Under the pieces are notes generated by a model, which made no database searches, was not told the DNA's origin, and worked only from the letters and a program-made list of their open reading frames with translations. From Octopus vulgaris (lineage: Eukaryota), in the NCBI GenBank assembly GCA_951406725.2, contig OX597816.1:32922001-32986000 (forward strand): a stretch of 64,000 nt of DNA. The letters run 5' to 3'. Shown in pieces: positions 12,826 through 25,220 of this stretch. The number at the start of each line of letters is the position of its first letter. Positions within the stretch are counted from its first letter, which is position 1. A program made the translations under genes and the position numbers.

Positions 12826-12900
12826 GATGACGATGATGATGATGATGATGATGATGATGTCGACGACGACGATGATGATGATAATAATGATGTTGTTGTG
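12590..12900. repeat. Compound (GAT)n/(GGT)n trinucleotide microsatellite
   Basis: Seen directly; explains the polyM/polyI ORFs. Confidence 0.95.
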
Positions 12901-15529
12901 GCTGATGATTATCATCCTTTTATGGTTACCTGAAAAATGTTAATTTATTCTGGTTATAATTGCTATCGTTCTTAGTAAAGTTATTGTTGCTATGAATGCA
13001 GTTATTGTATAAGGTGTGCTCGCCGTTTGTCACCCATTCATCCCGTGGCCATATTCAAAATTATTTCATTTTGAACTGTCCTAGTTGTCATTTAGATACT
13101 GAGATTGTTGTTCCACATCATACACTATCTTTTTTTAAGACATTTAAAAGCAATGTGTAATTTGTGATAGATTTAGCTGTTATTAATGGCAGGTGAACTA
13201 GCCTCGCTCAATAATTTAAGAAGTATTTGTATTTGTTGGTGATTGTTGTCGTTGTCGTAATATGTAATCAGACGAAATTAATTAGAATATCGTGTTCGAA
13301 TATTTTAGGCAGCAATTGAAAGGTAATAGGCGTAGGTCTATTATATCATTCATCCAAGTTCGATAAAATAAACTCCGGTTACATAAGGGTACTGATTTTC
13401 TTCATTATACTCGCCTTTTATGGAAAATATAGTGATTATATAAGAGATCAATATTTACTCTACACTCCGCTACATTTCCTCCTGTGACATAGATTCATAA
13501 ATTCGTTCGAGGATAAGAACATGATTTCGTGATAATTGTGCATTTCTTGGTGTCATTAATTATGTGTCAAATGCAAAATTTGTTGCAACCAGTTGTGAAA
13601 ATGCTTAGCAAAATTGCACACGATAATAACTTGCAACTTTAAATATGGTAATAAAGGGTATTCTTTATGATTGATGAGAGTGGCAAATCTTAGTAGGTAT
13701 GCTTTCAACATTCAGATATCAGAGATCAAAATGCAATTTCAGTCATTTAGTAGATATTCAGTCATTGAAATAGATATTCAACTTGTGAAAAATACAACTG
13801 TTTACATTATGGTATTTGCTTTACCTCTAAAATATAGCAGTTCCGTAACTTGTAAGAAATCATGTTTCTTTTTTTTTTTTTCGTCAAGATGTGCATAATA
13901 CAGTAAGGATTAAAAGACTTGATAACAGCAGTCGAGTTCGTGTGTATCCCGTCCACACTGGATATTCGAATTTCATTTAATCATCGTTGCGGAGATACTT
14001 ATTTGTTTCACTATTTGTGACCACTCTGTGAGTTCTTGAATTTTTGACAGGTAATATGTTTCCTATATTTTTGACATAAAACGTTTCCTGAATAATTACA
14101 ATATGCTTACGTATCTGCTGTTATGTCAAACCAGGAGATGAATTAAAATTCCATGATCCAGTGCATAGAATGGCCATAAGCTTCGAACATGTTTATGCAA
14201 TCCAATACAACGCTTGTACGTAATGCATCTATAATACATACACATTACAACGAAACTCTACTTCGTATGATAACATTCAGCAATTAGTGGAGTTAATGGA
14301 TGAAACACAGATACAACGCAGTGTCATACGTTTTGATACATGTGGTAGATTTTTAATTCTACCATTCAGCATAATGTACGTCAAAATGTCGTTAGATGTA
14401 TTCTAAAACGGAGAAACGGACAATGATCATGCATTATAGTTTTAGAAAATGCAATAAATTATTCCGCAAAAAGAACGACTGTGTTATGTAATATGACATA
14501 TCTCGACCTCCATTTCCTAAGGTAAACAGATTCCAGCCCAGCAGGTGGATGCTCTTTTGAAATAGAGAGTTATCCACTATCTATTTGTAGCCTGAACTTT
14601 TAATTTCTTTCATTATCTGAAACATGTTTTAATCATGTAGAAATGTTGTATGGGTTTAGCAGCTTATATAACAAATAGCATTTTGTTCGCTATTCGGTAG
14701 ATAGAAGAAATAAGTATCGTTAAACGGCTTATAAAGCCGTTTGAGTAAGTCTCCAAACTTTTCATTAATTTCGCTCAATACAAACAGCATCGAATAGAAT
14801 GGGATTGAATTATAAAAGCGCATTAGAAATTTCTCACAAGCATTGGAGCTGGCTAGAAGTAATGGGGTTGAACAGCTTCAGGCTTATAATAGGACATTTG
14901 TATGCTTCGCAATGCCTTTCAAACTCCACTGTTTCTTCGATTGAATACATCTGTATGTATTACCATTTGGATACCAACACTTAAAAGACGAACTAAAGTG
15001 TGTTTCGTTGTATTTTTAAGTAAACTTACAGTAAATGACCAGCCACTAGTAACTGGTATGATGAGGTTGATGCTGTTAGTTCTCCACAGAAAAGATTTAG
15101 CGAGGATAGAATAAGATGACATAAAATGCCCTTGAGATTTCTTTGTAACGACTGGTACAAAATAAAAAAGTCATGGGTTAATCGTAATTTTATTGTCGGG
15201 AAATAAAATGTGAGCACATTAAGGTTTTCACACAAGAGATTACTGACAATGAATGAGTTACTCTATGTATCTTTGATCAGTTACTACCTTAAGGATGATC
15301 CCTATTTTGACTTTCACTAGAGGATATATTGTTTATTTTCTTTCAATGTTGATATAGAATACAGGGCTTCTCTATATTACTGACGAAAGAAACACCACAC
15401 TTTTGATGTTCATTTATTTCATGAAATGACGAGCAGGATAAATATTTTCAATTATCTTACGTTAAAAAATTTCATTGCAATAGTATACATCGAATGACCA
15501 ACTTATAATCTCATATTTTGCTAATATAT

Positions 15530-15700
15530 CTACCTACCTACATATCTACCTACCTACCTACCTACTTACCTACCTACTTACTTACCTACCTACATACATA
15601 CATACATACATACATACATACATACATACATACATACATACATACATACATACATACATACATACATACATACATACATACATACATACATACATACATT
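15530..15700. repeat. (CTAC)n/(TACA)n tetranucleotide microsatellite
   Basis: Seen directly. Confidence 0.95.
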
Positions 15701-15769
15701 GACACACATATAAGCATTCATATATATGTATATATGTACATGCATGTATAAATATGTTTCTATATATAT

Positions 15770-16001
15770 ATTTCTTTACTACTCATAAGGGGCTAAACAC
15801 AGAGAGGACAAACAAGGACAGACAAACGGATTAAGTCGATTACATCGACCCCAGTGCGCAACTGGTACTTAATTTATCGACCCCGAAAGGATGAAAGGCA
15901 AAGTCGACCTCGGCGGAATTTGAACTCAGACTGTAACGGCAGACGAAATACGGCCACGCATTTCGCCCGGCGTGCAAACGTTTCTGCCAGCTCGCCGCCT
16001 T
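15770..16001 (-). mobile_element. SINE copy (family of 4391-5345)
   Basis: Reverse complement of AAGGCGGCGAGCTGGCAGAAACG...GTAAAGAAAT. Confidence 0.85.
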
Positions 16002-16695
16002 ATGTATCTATATATATGTATCTATATATATGTATCTATATATATGTATCTATATATATATTAATTTACACCTTTGATACACGCCACCCTACGTATATGT
16101 AGGTATGTGTACAAACACAACACTCATTTTCATTCATTTGACACCATGTAAAATGCGAATCAGTTCTTATTCTTTACTGTTTAGCTACAAGTCAGATAAC
16201 ATTAAGCAGAGATATTTCCAAGGCAATTTTACGGTGTCTTAACCCTTCGCTTCTATCAGCTGAACGAACACAGGAATCTTTATTAAAATTTTATTTTTTC
16301 TAAAGCAGTAGGACAGATGTGAACAAGATCTGAATGTTGTTTCTAGCATATGAAGCGATTCCATGGAAGCTGTTTTGTTCTCCAAATTGTTATTCATCTG
16401 AAATTCATCACTTCAAACACCCATTTACCACAATATATAGACGCATATTTATACACCACAATTCTAGATAGTCATGGACAAATCGCATTTAATCCCCTTC
16501 AGCACAATAAAAATAATACCAGCTTGCAATACTTGGCGACATATGAATATCTGATATCTATAAAATATTAAAATACTTAATCCTAAATATGAAGATTGAC
16601 CCTTCCAGAACAGAAAATATCTTAGGCTTTATCAGTAACTAATCGGTATCAAGCTACAAAATAGGAACTGGTCCTACGTTTGGGACTACTGCCAA

Positions 16696-16731
16696 TACTG
16701 CCGCTGCCATTGCTGCTGCTGCTGCTGCAAT

Positions 16732-16807
<76 letters not shown>

Positions 16808-16812
16808 GCTGC
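16696..16812. repeat. (TGC)n/(TAC)n microsatellite
   Basis: Seen directly. Confidence 0.95.
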
Positions 16813-18047
16813 CCACATACACATATTTCTAGTCCAGCCAGTTGGTTGACAAGAATTGCCGATCAAATACAGGTTATAGTTTACCTGAGCAATTCGATTT
16901 TCATCTTGTTCACAATATGAAATAATGTGAGCATATGGATTGGAAAGTTTATTTGCCAACAAAATGCGGCAGTCATGATTAGGATTATCTTTTTTTAACC
17001 CTATGAAAACATTTTCCATCTGATTTATCGATACATGATCTGTGTCCTAGACATGCCGTAAGCTCGCTGCTGGACAACTGCCTGGCTTGAGACAGCGGCC
17101 AGCCGACCTAACTCACAATATGTCGTTTTCAAATCGACACTCAATCGTTGATCTCGTAAAGTGAAAAGCAACTAGCTTTAAATAACTGATTGAGATCTCT
17201 GTAGTAGTAGATGGTAAGATTCATTTGCCATCATAACGTGGCAGTCTTGGCTAGGAATAAGCTATCACTTTTCAGCCCCAGGAAAACACCTTCACCTATG
17301 CATATGATTATTAACTTGCTCAAGGTGTCAAGAACAAAATATTGCTCAAAATAAAAACACTCTACGCCAGAGGATGAGGGTACATAGATCCCAGATTAAA
17401 ATACGAGTATACACAAAAATAGGATTAAGCGAGCACATCTATATTTGCGCCACTATCGAACAGCTCAACTTTTGAATTTTTCCCCCTCTATAAGTTTAAG
17501 GACAATGCAACCTGTAATCAGCGCATTAATTTGTAGGATATTTCGTCAGTAAATATAAACTTATTTTGAATGCCGCCACCACCACAGATGAAACTAAAAG
17601 AATTTAGAACAATTCCAACCACCACTGCTACGACTACAACAGGTCACTTTTAAGTCCTTTGACCATTAAAGAAGATTCCAGGAACAATTTACTGTCACAA
17701 CTCACCTGTGTTTTTCTTTTCTTTCCTTTTCTTTCAACTTCTCCCATTTCTATCCCTACTCCTACTTCTCCTCTTGCGGGCGTTTGTGAGCGGAAACAGC
17801 TAAAGCTCAACGAGAACCCGGCAGGGAGTGGTGGCGAACCCCGCTGTCCTCCTTCACCACAACTTCTCATTCTTTCTTCCTATTTCTGTTGTACCTGTAT
17901 TTCAGAGGGTCAGCCATTTCGAATTCTGTGTCTCAATGGATCTCCCAGAGAAGTACATTAAAAGGACACGTGTCTGTGGTGTGCTCAATGACTTGCAGGT
18001 TAATTTCACGAGCAGTCATTTCCGTTGTTGGGATCAACAGGAACCCA

Positions 18048-18099
<52 letters not shown>

Positions 18100-18676
18100 C
18101 GTCTCAATGAGGTGCGCAATAAAACTATGAGAGCACTTTGCAAGTTATATGGACTCCATTTTCTTCAAATTTCCTCTTTCTACTACATTCATAGACACGC
18201 AAACACACACACAGATGAAGGCGAACGCGCACGCGTGCGTGTTTACCTATGAATTTGTAACTGTGTGTGTGTATGGTCATCAACAACATCAAACATTATC
18301 AATTCTGGCATCTCTCTGTCTGTGTGATGACAACATATTAAATATATATATTGTTTCCACATACTTATCTTTCTATCTATTTGTCTGCGCATATATCTCT
18401 CGAACCAATCATGTGTCTCTATCAATATATTAATTTACTTTTGCACTATTATTCTTCTGTTATTATAACTTTTTTCATTTTATATTTTCCTGACTATATG
18501 TTTTTCATACACTAACTTTATTTTTCATAATTATAATGTTTGCCAATATATAAATATATACACATGCGTGTGTATGCATGTGTCTGTTTGTATCTGTGTG
18601 TCTATAAATAAACAAAAAAAACAGAATAAAAACATAGACACACACGTGTGTATTTATATAAATACATATATGTATA

Positions 18677-18752
<76 letters not shown>

Positions 18753-19413
18753 CATTCATATGTATGCATATATACACACATATATATATATGTGTGTGTG
18801 TATATATGTATATAGATCGATAGATAGATAGATACTGTTATATTCTTTAACTTGCTTGATCCTCCATTTCTTGCTTTCGTGTTCCAAAACTACCAAAGCA
18901 CTAATTCTAGTATTCATATTTTGCCAACATTCCTTTCTTTTAATCCTGAAAATTATTAGTGCTTCAATTATCTTATTTTTTTTTTTTAGAATTGTATATA
19001 CTTATTTTAGTAATTCCTCAATATTTAAACTTTTGTTCATATTTAACATTATTAGATTTATTAGCTGAAACTTATACTTCAGTTCCAACTTACAAATATA
19101 CTCCAAGAAATATAGATGGTTTCTAATACTCATACACTTAGACTAGCCATGAACAGTAACCGGGTTGCGAATTTTCTGAATAACACGCTCCACGGAATAT
19201 TATATTAATTTTCATGATGTTCGCTTCATGATGTATTATAACAAATGTGTCTCACTTTAAGAAATGGTTGGCTGTGCTCGATATAGAATAACACATACAA
19301 ATGCTTTGAAATTGTCGATTATCTGCCCAGATGAGTATAGATAACAACACAGTTAACTAGAACGCTGCATGCAAAAATAAACAACGTGCATTTCTACCAA
19401 ACTATTATCAATA

Positions 19414-19760
19414 GTGGTATCTCTTCATGACAGAGGAAATAGTGAAGACTATTTAAGAATTTTATCTGAACAAATTCATCCTATGGTTGCGGAACTGATT
19501 GCGGAGGGAAACGCAATCTTTCAGGATGATAATGCACCAATTTACACAGGTAAATTAGTTGCAGAGTGCCACGAGAAACGTTCTAGTGAACATCTTATCT
19601 GGCCATCACAGTCCCCAGATTTCAATATTATAGAACATTTATGGTGCATTTTAGAGAAACATGTAAGGAGTCGATATCATGCACCATCATCACTACAACA
19701 ATTGTAGACTGTTTAGCTGCAGAATTGACAAAAATTCCATTGGAAACAATTGAAACTTTC
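19414..19760 (+). mobile_element. Tc1-family transposase fragment (C-terminal DDE region)
   Basis: IFQDDNAPIY and WPSQSPDFNIIEHLW match the Tc1 QDNAP and WPxxSPDLNxIExxW motifs. Confidence 0.85.
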
Positions 19761-19900
19761 ATTACTTACATTCTGTACATTTGACTGATATTTGTCCTCC
19801 AGCCTTCATCAGGTGCCTAGGGGAAATTTTGAAGCTAGTTTCTCATTCCTAATATATTTGGGGTTAGTAGCCCACGCTCTTAACCACTACGCCATATGCC
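19760..19900 (-). mobile_element. SINE-like fragment: tRNA-like head joined to a tail carrying half a hammerhead core
   Basis: Minus: GGCATATGGCGTAGTGGTTAAGAGCGTGGGCTACTAACCCC (A-box, D-arm and anticodon-arm-like) ... GCAC CTGATGA AGGCTG...CAGTC AAATGTA. Confidence 0.55.
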
Positions 19901-19934
19901 AGCGTGTGTGTGTGTGTGTATGTGTGCGCACATA

Positions 19935-19985
<51 letters not shown>

Positions 19986-20273
19986 ATGTATATATATGTA
20001 TGAATATATGAGTGTGACAACGGAAAGGTAAAGGATACATATTGAAGCTTTTTAAAAACTTAGAAAATAGACAGATAGATAGATAAAACGAGAATGTGTG
20101 TACATTCGAATTACATATTGCTGATATTCAGTGTATTTCTATTTAGAATATATACAGGAAACTATGAAATGAATTGCTTGTGGTTAAGTATAGAATCATA
20201 ATAAGAAATACAGTTGTATTAGGAGAAAATGAAAGAAAACTACATAAAATTATATAAACAACACATTTATTAC

Positions 20274-20367
20274 CTTGAATAATGGTGTGCGTGTGTAGAG
20301 GACATCTGGATATTCTGCATGCTTATGTCCCGCTTCAGTTCTGGAATGAGAACTCAAATCAAGACTG
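20274..20367 (-). other. Weak candidate internal exon (LDLSSHSRTEAGHKHAEYPDVLYTRTPLFK)
   Basis: TATTCAG acceptor, AAG|GTAATA donor, open non-repetitive frame; no homology support. Confidence 0.2.
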
Positions 20368-21084
20368 AATATCAAATCATTTATCATTTCGTGTGTGTGT
20401 GTATGTGTATGTGTGTGTGTGTTTGTGTGTGTAACTGCACAGTCGAGATTATGTATGCTTTCACATTGAAGTGATAATTTATACCGACGCAATTACATTG
20501 TTCCATTACTGTACTATAAATATATCTTTAATGATTTTATACAATATTTCTAAGAACATTCCAGTACCACTTTGCACCTAAGCGCATAATTATGCGTTTA
20601 TTTTCATCAATGTACTCTAAATATATACATATAATGATCTTAAGCAAAACTTTAACGAGTGAGCTGCACTACGTAAAAGGTTTCTATGGTCCTTGAAATT
20701 AAGTAGTTATAAGTATTACAAATACTAGAGTCATACAGGTCGGGTGACGGGTAACTTTCGAAGTATACATTTCCCAGCATGTGTAGTATCAGGAAGTGGA
20801 GCATATATACACATTAATTATAATTTAGCTTCTGTCAAATTACTTGGCGCTTCTACAAAATGATTAAATGAACACACATTTTCTAGGGAAAATAACCATC
20901 TTAAAATTTATACATATATATATATATATATATATTACTACTAATATAGGATGAAGTCTTTTTTTACAGAAAAAAAATTCCATTACTGTAGCGAGTAAAT
21001 TATATGTGGAAATTGACGATTTAAAAGTCTGTTATCAGCATATTGGCGTTGAAATAATTTTCTTTAGCCCTTACTTATAAGTTG

Positions 21085-21141
<57 letters not shown>

Positions 21142-22750
21142 TATTTACACACTCACATACATTGTTGTATTTGTGTGTTTGTGTGTGTATAAGTACGAGT
21201 ATATATGCTGTCTATTTATAGGAATAGATGTGTAGATATGTATATGACTGGCTGTATTTCTATATGCTGGTACATGCTTATGTAATTGTGTGTAGAAAAC
21301 ATTCATGCATATATTTGGGTGTGGTTGTATAAATGCTCACGTTACATATTTCTCTGTTTATTTTGCATACGGATGTAGTATTTATTTTTATTCATATCTG
21401 TAAAAATTATCATTGTTTTATATTTTCCTCTGCTGATATTTCTTATCACTTCAATATACTCTTATTTATTTTCATTGTTATTTAGATACGTTTCAAATGT
21501 AGCTTGCCGAAATTTTTTTCATGATACCTTAAATAATTGAGCTATACCGTTTGAGTTATCTCCCTCTTCCATGTACCCCTCTATCTCTCACCTTCTCTTC
21601 TCTTTATTTCTCTTCCCTATCAAACAACGAAGCGGCACATATAATGGTCATTACTATATAGAGATATATGCGTGTATCTAGATAACGTACCTTCATCGGA
21701 GGGTATATATTAGAATATTGGTCAGCAGGACACTTTTGAAGAGTCTCCAAAATAACCGCTTCCGGGAGGGATGAAGAAGAAGTAAAAAAAAGGCATGCGA
21801 ATCAGTTACAAATATTGTACTAAGATTAAAACAAATATAGGGTTGTATATTTAGTTGAGAGTCATTTAGCTGAGTGGAAGTGGAGGACAAAATAAATTGA
21901 TAAACAAACAAAATAAAATTAACGGCCATATAAATGTTGAAGTGCATTGTAATTTATTATCAGCGCATTTATTGTGCTCTAAATAAATTACCGAAAGAAA
22001 TTAGCTAGTTGACTAAACTTCGACATTTTTCACTGTTAGGACTTAAACCAAAACTACCTATTTCACACATCCAGATATATGCACCGTGGAATATCTTGCT
22101 ATCATATTTGATGAAAGAAACATCTTTTATACAAACGGAGAAAACAGATTTCATAGTGTATCATACGTTCACCGAACGTTATCGCTACGAAAACCTTGTG
22201 TATGAACCACATATGAAATACGATACGTGCATGTATCGTGGCATTATACTTAGTAATTATAATGATGTAATGGATATTTCATTTCCAACTACAGCTGACT
22301 TCTTCACCAAAACATATTTCATCAGGTGTATCCTCTACAAGTAAGTACAAGTAAGTACATATCGACTGAGACAAAATGTGATACATATACACTCATATCT
22401 CTTATATCTTAAGATTCAGTTTTTGCTTAAGTTTTAAAGTTTCATGATTATCATTGTTCACAGATTTACTTAACACAATTCTCTTGACCAAAATTTAATT
22501 AAATATTAATTTAATCAGTTTACTTTATTTCCCTTTAATATTTGAACTCTGCTGTATATAGTTTTATTCAATCCTGAGGCTTGTATATTTAAGTTATCTT
22601 TTTAATATATCATTAACTTTAAATTGCTATTTACTTTCAATTGACAATAATAGTGTTAAATAGTAGATTGAAAATTTCTCCCATGCTATTCAGAACAGCA
22701 CAACAACACTAAAGAATTAATTCGAAATTAATATCATTGATATTCCTTAC

Positions 22751-22870
22751 CATCCGATGTTCATTCATTACTTTCTTCTTATTTCCACCCGCTTTTAAAT
22801 TAGGTCCTCGCCTCTCGGCTAGATTCGTTCTTCCTGCGCCACATCCCATTCCCGCTCCCCTAAATCTCGC
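22751..22870 (-). CDS. Candidate first coding exon of a host gene, MGCGAGRTNLAERRGPNLKAGGNKKKVMNEHRM (ATG at 22849); possible N-myristoylation/palmitoylation start
   Basis: TTTTCAG acceptor, ATG|GTAAGG donor, 120-bp GC-richer open exon, GGAATGG Kozak-like context, MGC N-terminus. Confidence 0.55.
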
Positions 22871-22903
22871 CTGAAAATTCATGTTACTTATACTTCTTGT
22901 ATA

Positions 22904-23030
<127 letters not shown>

Positions 23031-23074
23031 ATATATGAATGTATGTATGTATGCGTGTGTGTGTGTGTAACTAT

Positions 23075-23490
23075 AGCGGGTAACTGGTAAGGAGAAATTT
23101 GGTTTATAACCACACGGTTCCAGGTTCAGTCAGACTGCAAGGAAACCAGGGAGGGCGAGTATCTCCTATTATAGCCTGGGTGCGACTTAGGCTTGCTCAA
23201 CTGATTAGGAAAACAGAAACTTAAAGAACCCTTAAAGGCGGCGAGCTGGCAGAAACATTAGCACGCCGGGCTAAATGCCTAGCGGTATTTCGTCTGCCGC
23301 TAAGTTTTGAGTTCAAATTCCACCGAGGTCGACTTTGCCTTTCATCATTTCGGGGTCGATTAAATAAGTACCAGTTACGCACTCGGGTCTATATAATCGA
23401 CTTAATCCGTTTGTCTGTCCTTGTGTGTCGCCTCTGTGATTAGCGCCTTGTGAGTAGTTAAGAAATAAGAAACTTAAAGAAGCTCACCAT
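23075..23490 (+). mobile_element. Decayed SINE (11.3 kb family) interrupted by a younger SINE (23235-23467) with a target-site duplication
   Basis: AGAAACTTAAAGAA on both sides (~23216-23229 and ~23468-23481) of an AAGGCGGCGAGCTGGCAG SINE. Confidence 0.75.
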
Positions 23491-23654
23491 ACGTAGTGCG
23501 TGTGTGTGAAAATACTCTATTCAGTGTCACTTTCTATCAAGACCCATACCTTTTCACCGTAAGAGAAATATTTTCACTGGGGTAATTGCAGTTAATTTGC
23601 CTATTAGCAGTTGAAATATGTCACAAACTTATTTGAACTAACATAAGAATTATT

Positions 23655-24230
23655 TATGCCTAAACACTGCTTGGCGCTATCCTTTCGCTGTTTTCCATGA
23701 TCGGGCGATCGACTATCACAAATTAGCCAACGTTGATGACTGAATTTTATATAAAATTTTAGAAGATTCTTGGCTCTTGTCGATGAGATGTACCTAAGAG
23801 AGGCAACTTTGAACGAACTTATACAACCATAACATTTGAAATATGTCCCAAACACATTCACACTAACCTAGATTCTGCTCCTGCCTAAACAGTGCTTAGC
23901 GCTAACACTTCGTTATTTTTCTTGATCGGGTGATCGACAAGCGCAAACCAGTCTTGACTGAATAATACATAAAGCCATAGCTGTATAAATTCGTTCAGAG
24001 TTGCCTGTCATAGTTACGTCTCATGAACATCCCAAGAAGCTTGAAACATCAACGTTTGGGATTCCTAATAGATGGTAACAATGAAAGTACCGCGTGTTTT
24101 CGCACCTTTTTACCATAAGATAAATATATTCTCCATGTTAACCAAAAAGTATTTCCCCTTTAGCCGTTGTAATACGTCACATATTTCAACTTATTCTGCT
24201 CACGCCTAAACACTGCTTAGCGCTAAAAAT
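23655..24230 (+). repeat. Three diverged direct repeats sharing GCCTAAACA(C/G)TGCTT(G/A)GCGCTA
   Basis: Copies at ~23658, ~23883 and ~24205; the first two extend into GATCGGG(C/T)GATCGAC. Confidence 0.75.
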
Positions 24231-24248
24231 CCGTTATATATATGTGTG

Positions 24249-24378
24249 TATGTTGATTAACATACAACAGTAATTATGGATTCATATTGATTGCAATAAT
24301 TTAATGAGCAGATGTGCTTCAAGAGGGAGCAGCTGAGATTTACACTAATCCCCTTTACACACTCATACACACACATGC
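24249..24378 (+). repeat. Left arm of a 130-bp perfect inverted repeat (partner 29927-30056)
   Basis: TATGTTGATTAACATACAAC...CACACACATGC is the reverse complement of 29927-30056. Confidence 0.92.
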
Positions 24379-24433
24379 GCGCGCGTCCACACACACATGC
24401 GCGCGCGTCCACACACACAAACGAACATGCACA

Positions 24434-25134
<701 letters not shown>

Positions 25135-25220
25135 ACTTAGAATAACTTAGAAAGGTTTTTGGCCAGTATTGGCCCAGGCCATGTCTAACTTAATAGCACC
25201 ACCTGGCGAAGTCTTTCAGT

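Noticed and set aside
16885-17175. GC-richer island with several possible exon readings
   Set aside because: Plausible splice sites and open frames exist on both strands; cannot choose without transcripts
17906-17998. Possible plus-strand exon after a pyrimidine tract
   Set aside because: Weak donor, no recognisable peptide, opposite strand to the better candidates
21691-21760. Possible minus-strand exon following the MGC exon
   Set aside because: The phase-compatible frame contains TGA and the acceptor is atypical
23655-24230. CRISPR-like reading of the spaced direct repeats
   Set aside because: Spacers are over 200 bp, unequal and partly homologous; eukaryotic context and no cas genes
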